Assembly (NCBI GenBank): GCA_045586685.1
Contig: JAZNAU010000008.1
Location: forward strand, 1-20,419
DNA: 20,419 bases
Direction of reading: 5' to 3'
DNA from: Clostridia bacterium
GTDB taxonomy: Bacteria > Bacillota > Clostridia > HGM11514
The notes beneath the pieces were generated by a model that ran no database searches, was not told the DNA's origin, and saw only the letters and a list, made by a program, of their open reading frames with translations. The translations under genes were made by a program, and so were the position numbers. Positions 9,619 to 17,214 of the stretch are shown in pieces (within the stretch, counting starts at the first letter, position 1; each line of letters starts with the position of its first letter).

Positions 9619-9647
9619 ATTATATCATAAAATTTGAAATTCGTCTA
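9619..9647 (-). promoter_or_regulatory. Internal sigma-A promoter for minD-mgsA
   Basis: Minus strand TAGACG (9647-9642), 17 nt, extended TGa-TATAAT (9627-9619). Confidence 0.6.
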
Positions 9648-9674
9648 CTTTTTTTTAACATTTTTTCTAAATTT

Positions 9675-9764
9675 TTATAACTGAAGTTCTTGTAATTTCC
9701 ATATCAAAAGTGCAAATAGGAAAGCAACTGTCAGAACTAATATCCATACTCTGCGGTTCATCAT
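9675..9764 (-). pseudogene. 29-aa single-TM ORF, probable relic of the N-terminal anchor of PBP2/MrdA (or a functional micropeptide)
   Basis: Manual translation MMNRRVWILVLTVAFLFALLIWKLQELQL*; ATG overlaps the maf stop (ATGA); GGAGG 10 nt upstream inside maf. Pattern of basic residues, hydrophobic helix and [R/K]L..LQ resembles class B PBP N-termini. Confidence 0.55.
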
Positions 9765-10321
9765 AGTTCCATCGCCTCCAGTTCTGCCATAATACGACTG
9801 ACGGGAAGTCCGACCACGTTAAAATAGTCTCCCGTTATACCACAGATCAGCAGGCAACCCTTTCCTTGAATTCCGTAAGCACCTGCCTTATCAAAGGGTT
9901 CTCCGGTATCAAGATAGTCTGAAATCATTTTTTGAGAAAGGGTGCGAAACCTGACTTTTGTTTCTTCTGCTCCGATAATGCGTTTGTTGCCTTTTAAAAG
10001 ACAAAATCCGGTAAAAACACTGTGTTCGCGTCCGGATAAATTGCATAGCATTCCCATGGCATCATTGCGGTCCACTGGTTTTCCTAAAATACGACCATCA
10101 ATTGTTACGATCGTATCTGCTGCAAGTACCAATTCCTGTTCCGTTCTGGGGACAGCCATCGCCTTCTGTTCTGCCAGCCGTTTTACCATTTCTTCCGGAT
10201 CGGTACAATTTCCCGCATCCTCAGGGGAGTTACCAGGGCGAAGAATCACATGAATTCCCAGCATTTCTAAAATTTCTTTCCGCCTGGGAGAGGCAGATGC
10301 CAACACAATTTCATTTATCAT
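9761..10321 (-). CDS. maf: Maf-family nucleoside triphosphate pyrophosphatase (YhdE type)
   Basis: LASASPRR, AADTIV, ILGKP, LSGREHSV.TG, DKAGAYGIQG, NVVGLP. Confidence 0.95.
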   Translation of the reverse strand: MINEIVLASASPRRKEILEMLGIHVILRPGNSPEDAGNCTDPEEMVKRLAEQKAMAVPRTEQELVLAADTIVTIDGRILGKPVDRNDAMGMLCNLSGREHSVFTGFCLLKGNKRIIGAEETKVRFRTLSQKMISDYLDTGEPFDKAGAYGIQGKGCLLICGITGDYFNVVGLPVSRIMAELEAMEL

Positions 10322-10332
10322 AGCTTGCTCCT

Positions 10333-11415
10333 TTATTTCTTTTTTGCATAAAAATTATTTTGCTCAAGCAGCGTAATTGCATTTTTTACATCCTCTTGTT
10401 TTTTAATGCGGACACGAAGCACACCGCCTTCAAATTCACGGCTGTTTGAAATGTTGATGTTGGTAATATTGATCCCGTAATTTCCCAGCAATGTGGCAAT
10501 TTGGCCAATAACACCGGGTTTATCCTCAACATCCATCATCAATTCGTAACCTTGTTCATTTTTCAGACCGCCTTCAATTTCGTCCCGATATTTCTTGGCA
10601 TGTCGGAATAATTCTGTAACCGCTTGGTTTTTCTTTAATTTATCTGAAAAATCACCAAGAAAATGTGCAGTTTGTTTCAATAAGTCTGCAAGAATATCAC
10701 GGTTGCTGCTGCAAATACTGTTCCAAAGCTCTGGGTCAGAGGAAGAAATCCGTGTAATATCCCGAAATCCGCCTGCGGCAATTTTTTGTAACAGATGATT
10801 GGGACTATCTTCCTGTTTTACCAGATTAACCAAGGAAGCGGAAAGGATATGAGGAAGGTGGCTGATTAGTCCTACTGCCTTATCATGTTCTTGGGGGGTT
10901 AACTCCAGAGGAATGGCATGGAATAATTCTTTCGCAATGCGGGAAACTAATTCGATTGCGTCTCTGTCCTGTTGAGAAGCGGGCACAATTAAATAGTAGG
11001 CATTTTCCATCAATCCTGTATGAGAGGCACTAAATCCGCTTTGCTCACTTCCTGCCATTGGGTGACCTCCTACAAAACGCAATCCATAATCACAAGCACT
11101 TTTCACAATTTCTCTTTTTGTGCTGCATAAATCGGTTACCACCGTTGTTCTCCCAACATAGTTTGCCAAATCCTTACAAAGACGGCAACAAATATGCACA
11201 GGAGCTGCCAAATAAACAATCTTGCATTGAGAAAGTCTATCGTTTGGTTCAAGATATCCTTCGCAGATAATTCCTGTATCCAATGCAGACTGTAACGAAG
11301 CCTGATTTGGTTCGTATCCAATTACCTGATATTCTTCTTGTAAACATTTGGCAGCAGAGCCGCCAATGAGCCCCAGACCAATAACTGCGGCAAAGGGTTT
11401 TTGATTCATTGTCAT
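10333..11415 (-). CDS. tyrA: Prephenate dehydrogenase with C-terminal ACT domain
   Basis: GLGLIGGS, TDLCSTK, GGHPMAGSE, HD.AVG.ISHLPH, GGFRDITRI, ACT motif EDKPGVIG. The start may be ATG 11409, better spaced from the GAGGTG RBS. Confidence 0.93.
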   Translation of the reverse strand: MTMNQKPFAAVIGLGLIGGSAAKCLQEEYQVIGYEPNQASLQSALDTGIICEGYLEPNDRLSQCKIVYLAAPVHICCRLCKDLANYVGRTTVVTDLCSTKREIVKSACDYGLRFVGGHPMAGSEQSGFSASHTGLMENAYYLIVPASQQDRDAIELVSRIAKELFHAIPLELTPQEHDKAVGLISHLPHILSASLVNLVKQEDSPNHLLQKIAAGGFRDITRISSSDPELWNSICSSNRDILADLLKQTAHFLGDFSDKLKKNQAVTELFRHAKKYRDEIEGGLKNEQGYELMMDVEDKPGVIGQIATLLGNYGINITNINISNSREFEGGVLRVRIKKQEDVKNAITLLEQNNFYAKKK

Positions 11416-13448
11416 ACACCTCTGTAATAATGTCCTCTTGTTTTATCCCCATTGTAGGAAAGACCTTCCATTATTTCCCGGGCAATAATGCCACATTCGG
11501 AAGGAGATTCTACTGTAAATGCCATTCTGCCATAAGAAACGCAAGTGTGTTTTAAATCTGCAAGCTTATCTCCCATATAAAGTGGAGTGCTGTTGTATAA
11601 GATATGCTCTCCATTTACACAACGGGTCGGAAAATGGGTTCCTGTTCTGTCTGTCAGCATACATTCACCCTTACAACTTCCTCGGTTACTTTTGATAAAG
11701 CAATGCTTGGTACGCATCAAGGGCAATCTTCCGTAAAGATAAGCTTCGCATGGAATGTTGCATTGGAGCTGTCTGATTTGCCCTATATTTAATTCAGGAG
11801 ATAAGCAAAGAGAAGATGGATGTTCTTTTGCAAGGGTTGCGATTGTGGTACTGTTATAAACCCACAATGTCATATCTCCCTTTTTATCCCAATCCGGAAA
11901 ATCGTAAAAATCGCCTAAATTACCGCAAAGAAGGCGGGAAAATCCAAGGGCATGCAACTGCTTTAACTTTTGTTTTATTTCATCATGCCTGTTCTCGTGA
12001 GAAACAGCAGGCAAACGGATTGCAACGGTATGTTCCAATTCCTCTTTTTTGTTCCAGACAACATCAAGGGGCACGCCAATCCATGCAAAGGATAAATGAC
12101 GGATTGCCTCATACTGCTCGAAGGTATTGACAACTGCGGTCCATTGCAGAGTATCATAAACCGTACCCTTGGGCAAAGATTCTATTTCAGGAATCTCCGG
12201 TTTTGGATGCTTGTATGATTTTACTGTTAGGTCGGTCAGTTTATCACAAACCAGACGTTTTACTCGAGCAAGCTCACCCAGAGGAATCATAACATTTCTG
12301 TCAACGGTTATTTTACATTCTGCCAAGGTATAAGGAGTTTCACCCAATTTCCCCAGCCGTTCTGTTATGGTGTCCTGATCTAAGGGGCGTTTTTGTGCAA
12401 CAAAGGCAGGAGTTTCTCCTTGGGCTGTTGCCTGATTTCCCTGTAAATCTGTTGCTGTCAGAGAAAATGTCTGATTTTCTTTTAATGTGGCTTCCATAAA
12501 GATGGGGATTCGTTTTGGAGAGGAGGCAGGCATTTGTTGTGAACGGTAAGGCGTTTCGGGCTTTGAGTAAGCAAACATATTGCCTTTTTTTGTAAAATAT
12601 CCGTCCGTGTAACCGCCTCTGTCAAACACTCTTTTCAACTGTTCTATTTCTTCTTTTGATATTGTTTCACCATCTAAAGCTCGGCGGTAAAAAGAGGTGA
12701 CCAGACCAACATATTCCGGCCCCTTCATCCGTCCTTCTATTTTTAAGGATGCCACACCCATTTCTGATAAGGTTTGTAAATGAGGTAGCAATAAGTTATC
12801 TTTTAAGTTCATTAGCAGGGAAGGTTTATTATGATCAATGGAATAGGGAAGACGGCAGGGTTGAGCACATTTTCCACGATTTCCGCTGCGTCGCCCAATC
12901 AAACTACTCATTAGGCAGAAACCGGAATAACAGGCGCAAAGGGCACCGTGAACAAATACTTCGATTTCCATTCCTTTTTTACATAATGCAGATAGTTCAT
13001 CCATGGAAAGTTCACGTGCCGCCACGGCACGGACACAGCCTAATTGTTTAACTGCCTGCAGTCCAGATGTGTTACAAACACCTGCCTGTGTACTGGCATG
13101 AAGGGGAAGAGCCGGAAGATATTGGTGAAGAAAATCCATCACACCGGCTTCCTGAACAATCACTCCGTCTGCTCCGTTTTCGTACAAAAAAGAGGCATAA
13201 GAATACAGTCCCTCCATTTCTCTGTCGGACAGGAGAGTGTTCACTGTAACATATGCCTTAACATTACGGCTGTGGCAGAAATCAACTGCATCAACCAATG
13301 TTTCTTTTGTGAAATTTTGTGCATTCATTCTGGCATTTGCAAAATCGCTGCAACCTAAGTACACTGCGTCTGCTCCGTAATAAACGGCGGCATATAGTGC
13401 ATCCAGTGATCCTGCAGGTGCCAGAAGTTCCGGGATGTTTTTATTCAT
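11412..13448 (-). CDS. Long-form U32-family Fe-S protein, RlhA-like (putative 23S rRNA 5-hydroxycytidine synthase)
   Basis: PELLAPAG, GADAVYLG, HASTQ, E.FVHGALC, Cys cluster C-x6-C-x15-C-x3-C (C.CYSGFC...NRGKCAQPCR), KIEGRMK; middle DUF3656-like segment (RLGKLGETPY); C-terminal TRGHYYRGV. Confidence 0.88.
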   Translation of the reverse strand: MNKNIPELLAPAGSLDALYAAVYYGADAVYLGCSDFANARMNAQNFTKETLVDAVDFCHSRNVKAYVTVNTLLSDREMEGLYSYASFLYENGADGVIVQEAGVMDFLHQYLPALPLHASTQAGVCNTSGLQAVKQLGCVRAVAARELSMDELSALCKKGMEIEVFVHGALCACYSGFCLMSSLIGRRSGNRGKCAQPCRLPYSIDHNKPSLLMNLKDNLLLPHLQTLSEMGVASLKIEGRMKGPEYVGLVTSFYRRALDGETISKEEIEQLKRVFDRGGYTDGYFTKKGNMFAYSKPETPYRSQQMPASSPKRIPIFMEATLKENQTFSLTATDLQGNQATAQGETPAFVAQKRPLDQDTITERLGKLGETPYTLAECKITVDRNVMIPLGELARVKRLVCDKLTDLTVKSYKHPKPEIPEIESLPKGTVYDTLQWTAVVNTFEQYEAIRHLSFAWIGVPLDVVWNKKEELEHTVAIRLPAVSHENRHDEIKQKLKQLHALGFSRLLCGNLGDFYDFPDWDKKGDMTLWVYNSTTIATLAKEHPSSLCLSPELNIGQIRQLQCNIPCEAYLYGRLPLMRTKHCFIKSNRGSCKGECMLTDRTGTHFPTRCVNGEHILYNSTPLYMGDKLADLKHTCVSYGRMAFTVESPSECGIIAREIMEGLSYNGDKTRGHYYRGV

Positions 13449-13450
13449 AA

Positions 13451-13882
13451 TCAGTTTAAGTCGTCAAAGGATATATTGTTGTTTTTCAGTCCCAATCGGA
13501 ATGTTTTCAGGGCATCCTCAAGCTCAGTTTCTTTTTTCGCATAGCGAATCTGCAATGCATGATACTGTTGCTTTAATTTGTCCAGCTCCAGTTCCAGATT
13601 TCTCAATTTTTGTTTTTCGTGATTCAGGGCTTCTTCATTGGTGTCGATTTTTTCATTTAGTCGACTGATTTCCTCTCGTCCTTTCAGGCATTCTTCTCCA
13701 ATGTTCAATGATGTTAGAACTGCGGACATGGAAATGCTCAGCCTTGGATTTGTCTGTTCCACTTCTCTCATTTTTTGGTCTACATAAAAAGCTACCCGAT
13801 GAATATGTTCCGGCGATTCTTCGCTGACCAGAGTATAGTCTCTTCCACAGATGCGCACTTCTAGTTTCTGTTTTTCGTTCAT
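13451..13882 (-). CDS. zapA: Cell division protein ZapA with coiled-coil extension
   Basis: 'V.ICGRDYTL.S.E..EHI..VA.YVDQKM.E......LS....AVL.SLNI' is the ZapA signature. Start moved to ATG 13882 after GAAAGGA (143 aa). Confidence 0.88.
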   Translation of the reverse strand: MNEKQKLEVRICGRDYTLVSEESPEHIHRVAFYVDQKMREVEQTNPRLSISMSAVLTSLNIGEECLKGREEISRLNEKIDTNEEALNHEKQKLRNLELELDKLKQQYHALQIRYAKKETELEDALKTFRLGLKNNNISFDDLN

Positions 13883-13915
13883 AGTTTCATTCCTTTCCCT
13901 GAGTCCCTTTCTTCT

Positions 13916-13944
13916 ATTATACAACAAAATTTTAAAATACACAA
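13916..13944 (-). promoter_or_regulatory. Putative sigma-A promoter for the zapA operon
   Basis: Minus strand TTGTGT (13944-13939), 17 nt, TATAAT (13921-13916). Confidence 0.5.
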
Positions 13945-14070
13945 CTCTAATTTTTAAAAATAGTTGGTTTTTTTATCAGATTATGGCAAAATAAATAGGA
14001 AATTGAAGTGAGAGGGAAGTTAATTTTTCCAATTTAACAAAAAAGCAATAGAATTGTAATATTACAGTTC

Positions 14071-14099
14071 TTTACACCGTTCGACTTTTTTGATATACT
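14071..14099 (+). promoter_or_regulatory. Putative sigma-A promoter for the S11 homologue
   Basis: TTTACA (14071-14076), 17 nt, TGa-TATACT (14094-14099); a second TATAAT at 14101-14106. Confidence 0.55.
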
Positions 14100-14138
14100 G
14101 TATAATATCAGGAGAAGTATCAAGCGAGAGGTGAAAAT

Positions 14139-15710
14139 ATGAAAAGATGGATTACAATTTTACTTTGTGTTTTGATGGCTTGGGGATGGCTGGTTCCTTG
14201 TTTTGCTGAAACGGAAGAGCAGACAGAGCGTTTTCGTACAGAGGAAAGTGAAGATAAGGAGAAGGAAAAAAAGAAAAAACGGAAGGATTTTTCCTCTATT
14301 GTTGCACCTCATGCTATTGTGGTGGATTTGGAATCCGGCTATGTTATGTTTGAAAAAGACAGTACAGAGCGGGCTTATCCCGGTGACCTTGTAAAAATGA
14401 TGACCGCTTTGCTTGTAGCGGAAAATTGTGATATGAACGATATTATTACTGTGTCTCAGGCGGTGCTTGACAGTGTGGATATATACTCAGATACTACCAT
14501 TTCGTTGGAAGCAGGAGAACAGGTGGCGGTACAGGATATGCTGTATGCAATGCTTTTACCCTCTGCCGATGACGCAGCCATTGCTTTGGCAGAACATGTT
14601 TCGGGTGATGAAGCAGCCTTTGTGAAATTGATGAACGAAAGAGCCAAGGAGCTTGGTATGAATCAGACTGTGTTTACCAATGCTTCGGGTATCTTTGACG
14701 AAGGACAGGTTACCACTGCTCAGGATATGGCAATTTTAGCACGAGCTGTTATGGACAATAGTTTGCTGGAGGATGCTGTCGGTACTGATATTTTTGAGTT
14801 TTCAGCCACTAATACAAGACCCGACCCTTCTACGTATTACAACAATAATTATTTGGTAAGTGCTTATATTACGCCTCACTATTTTTATGATAATGCCTTG
14901 GGCGTAAAAAATGGTTATACGGAAGAAGGAAAATATACTCTGGCTGCAGCGGCAAGTAACGGTGCAGGTGAAATTATTGCGGTTGTAATGGGAAATGAGC
15001 GGGACAAGGAGACGGAAGAAATTACAAGCTATTTGGATTGTACTACGATTTTTGATTATGTATTTGAAAATTATTCTTATACAACGGTTATAAATACCAA
15101 TCAGATTATTGCTGAATATGATGTACCAAACGCAAAAGGGGACGGACACGTTTTGTTACTTTGTCCCACCACTAAAGAATCATTTCTTCCGAATGATTTT
15201 TCCGTAGAGGATGTTACCTATGAAGTGAAGCTGAACCGTGAGTTAACTGCTCCCATTCAGAAGGGAGAGGTTTTGGGAACCGCTGAGGTGGTTTATAAAA
15301 ATCAGGTAATCGGAACCATCGAATTGGTCAGCGACCGTGATTTGACCAGAAGCTTATTTAAAAAATTAGGATTTTTAAAGTATGTGGTATTGTTCATTGC
15401 GCTGTTGTTCCTTGCAATGCTTCTCATGCGTGCTTACAATATGAATAAACGAAAAAAACGCAGAAGAAGACTAAATGCTCAGCGTGCAAGACAGGAAGAA
15501 CGCTTCCAATCTACACGTAAAACTTTGGTTGAGCGGGATTTTGCAAACAAAAGACGGGAAACAGAGTTGCGTCGTCAAGAATCCTTGGAGAGGACTGCAA
15601 AAAACTTAGAACGAAGTGCAAGGTTGACCTCCGATCGTGCCAAAATCAGAGCTGATATAAAAACCAGCCGTGAATTAAGCAGACGGCGTACAGAAGAAAA
15701 TAATGAATAA
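14139..15710 (+). CDS. Peptidase S11 (D-alanyl-D-alanine carboxypeptidase, DacA-like) homologue, probably catalytically inactive
   Basis: Signal peptide; FVKLMNERAKELGM.QT.F.NASG, TTAQDMA; PBP5_C-like APIQKGEVLG; C-terminal TM helix and basic tail; GAGGTG RBS. Motif positions read DLVK / SAD / KNG. Confidence 0.88.
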   Translation: MKRWITILLCVLMAWGWLVPCFAETEEQTERFRTEESEDKEKEKKKKRKDFSSIVAPHAIVVDLESGYVMFEKDSTERAYPGDLVKMMTALLVAENCDMNDIITVSQAVLDSVDIYSDTTISLEAGEQVAVQDMLYAMLLPSADDAAIALAEHVSGDEAAFVKLMNERAKELGMNQTVFTNASGIFDEGQVTTAQDMAILARAVMDNSLLEDAVGTDIFEFSATNTRPDPSTYYNNNYLVSAYITPHYFYDNALGVKNGYTEEGKYTLAAAASNGAGEIIAVVMGNERDKETEEITSYLDCTTIFDYVFENYSYTTVINTNQIIAEYDVPNAKGDGHVLLLCPTTKESFLPNDFSVEDVTYEVKLNRELTAPIQKGEVLGTAEVVYKNQVIGTIELVSDRDLTRSLFKKLGFLKYVVLFIALLFLAMLLMRAYNMNKRKKRRRRLNAQRARQEERFQSTRKTLVERDFANKRRETELRRQESLERTAKNLERSARLTSDRAKIRADIKTSRELSRRRTEENNE

Positions 15711-15715
15711 CTACG

Positions 15716-15754
15716 AAAGGGCTACAGCAAAATCATTTTGCTATAGCCCTTTTT
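15716..15754 (+). terminator. Intrinsic terminator after the S11 homologue
   Basis: aaagggctacagcaaaa-tca-ttttgctatagcccttttt hairpin with U tract. Confidence 0.8.
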
Positions 15755-15767
15755 ATAAAAGTCATTC

Positions 15768-15796
15768 TTGACAAACATATGGATTTATGCCATAAT
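15768..15796 (+). promoter_or_regulatory. Sigma-A promoter for ppa
   Basis: TTGACA (15768-15773), 17 nt, TGc-CATAAT (15791-15796). Confidence 0.7.
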
Positions 15797-15822
15797 TATG
15801 ATATAAGGAGAGTGAACAAAGC

Positions 15823-16353
15823 ATGAATATTTGGCATGACATCAGTCCAAAACGGATTCACAGTAATGATTTTATGGCTGTGGTAGAAATCTCGAAAGGA
15901 AGTAAGAATAAATACGAGTTGGATAAGGAAACGGGATTGTTACGGTTGGACAGAATTTTATACACTGCCACCCATTATCCTGCAAACTACGGCTTTATCC
16001 CCAGAACCTATGCAGATGACCTTGACCCGCTGGACGTGTTAATTTTGTGTTCTCAGTCTGTGGCACCGTTGACCTTGGTGCGATGTTATCCCATCGGTGT
16101 TATTTCCATGATTGACAACGGTAGATTTGATGAAAAGATTATAGCCATTGCTTTTGATGATCCTACCTATAATACTTATACCGATATTAGCCAGATTCCG
16201 GGCCATATTTTTGAAGAAATGTCCCATTTCTTCAAAGTATATAAGGAACTGGAGGGGAAAGAAACTGTAATAAATGAAACCAAAGGCAGAGAAGCAGCCA
16301 TAGAAATTATCGATAAATCCATTGAAAGCTATATTGAAAATTACTGCAAATAA
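15823..16353 (+). CDS. ppa: Family I soluble inorganic pyrophosphatase
   Basis: EISKGSKNKYE, LDR, YPANYGFIP.T, DDLDPLDV, DEKI, HFF.VYK.LE; AAGGAG RBS. Confidence 0.95.
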   Translation: MNIWHDISPKRIHSNDFMAVVEISKGSKNKYELDKETGLLRLDRILYTATHYPANYGFIPRTYADDLDPLDVLILCSQSVAPLTLVRCYPIGVISMIDNGRFDEKIIAIAFDDPTYNTYTDISQIPGHIFEEMSHFFKVYKELEGKETVINETKGREAAIEIIDKSIESYIENYCK

Positions 16354-16379
16354 TGTCATTTTTTGTTCTATGGTTTTGT

Positions 16380-16408
16380 TTGACTTTTTCAATGATTCGG
16401 GATATAAT
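16380..16408 (+). promoter_or_regulatory. Sigma-A promoter for the SCP2-domain gene
   Basis: TTGACT (16380-16385), 17 nt, TATAAT (16403-16408). Confidence 0.65.
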
Positions 16409-16440
16409 AAACACAGAATGATTGGAAAGGAATGAACCGA

Positions 16441-16833
16441 ATGACTTTTTTGGAACGTTTTACAGAAGTAAAAGAACGCATTGAAAAGAAAGACACACAA
16501 AAATGTGATGAACGGTTTGCTATTCAGGTTACCATGACTGATGAGGATTGTTGTGGCGTTTTTTACATTGCAAACACAGAAGAAGGATTTTCGGTAGAAC
16601 CGTATGATTACAAGGATTTTACTGCTCATGTAACCGCGGATTCTCAAGTTTTAATGGAGATTCTGGACGGAAAAACAGATCCCGTTACAGCATATCTGGA
16701 GGGCAGAGTAAAGGCGGAAGGGAATTTGGAGCATATTAAACTGATTGCTGCTTTAAAGGATAAAACCAAACGAAGACCACCCGCCAAAAAAACAACAGAA
16801 AAGAAAACAACTGCAAAAAAGAAAGAACAATAA
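16441..16833 (+). CDS. SCP2 sterol/lipid-binding domain protein with Lys-rich tail
   Basis: 'GVFYI......VEPYDY.D','IL.GK.DPV.AYL.GRVK.EGNL' is the SCP2 C-terminal signature. ATG 16441 fits the GAAAGGA RBS better than ATG 16432. Confidence 0.75.
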   Translation: MTFLERFTEVKERIEKKDTQKCDERFAIQVTMTDEDCCGVFYIANTEEGFSVEPYDYKDFTAHVTADSQVLMEILDGKTDPVTAYLEGRVKAEGNLEHIKLIAALKDKTKRRPPAKKTTEKKTTAKKKEQ

Positions 16834-16863
16834 AGAAAGGTCTGCTAAACAGCAGACCTTTCT
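16834..16863. terminator. Hairpin between convergent SCP2 and bactofilin genes (probable bidirectional terminator)
   Basis: Perfect 13-bp stem agaaaggtctgct-aaac-agcagacctttct fills the whole intergenic gap. Confidence 0.8.
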
Positions 16864-17199
16864 CTATTTTAGTTTTAAATTACAGCTTCCGGTAATATCA
16901 GCATCTTCATCCATGACCATCGTAGAATATGTAATATCGCCCTTCAATTTTCCTTTTGACATCATGCTGACTTGACCTTTGGCAATTACATTTCCTGTAA
17001 CAGTTCCGGCAATTAAAACATTGTTCGCCTGAATGTTACCGTTTACTTCAGCTTTCGTATCCACGATGACATCACCTCGAGTTTTCAGATCGCCCTTTAA
17101 TTTTCCGTCAATTTTAACGGTACCGATCAGTGTAATATCACCTTCAATACAGCAATCTTTAGAAATCAAGGTTTTTACATCCAATGTTTTTCCTGCCAT
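16864..17199 (-). CDS. Bactofilin (polymer-forming cytoskeletal protein, CcmA family)
   Basis: TLIS..C.IEGDI...G.VKIDG.LKGDL, V.GNI.A.NV.IAG.V.GNV.A, GDI....MVMDEDA.I.G: bactofilin beta-helix; GGAGG RBS. Confidence 0.9.
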   Translation of the reverse strand: MAGKTLDVKTLISKDCCIEGDITLIGTVKIDGKLKGDLKTRGDVIVDTKAEVNGNIQANNVLIAGTVTGNVIAKGQVSMMSKGKLKGDITYSTMVMDEDADITGSCNLKLK

Positions 17200-17214
17200 A
17201 ATAACCTCCGGAAA

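Noticed and set aside
16039-16647. 202-aa minus-strand ORF
   Set aside because: Antisense to ppa and the SCP2 gene; Phe/Ile-rich shadow composition and no recognisable motif.
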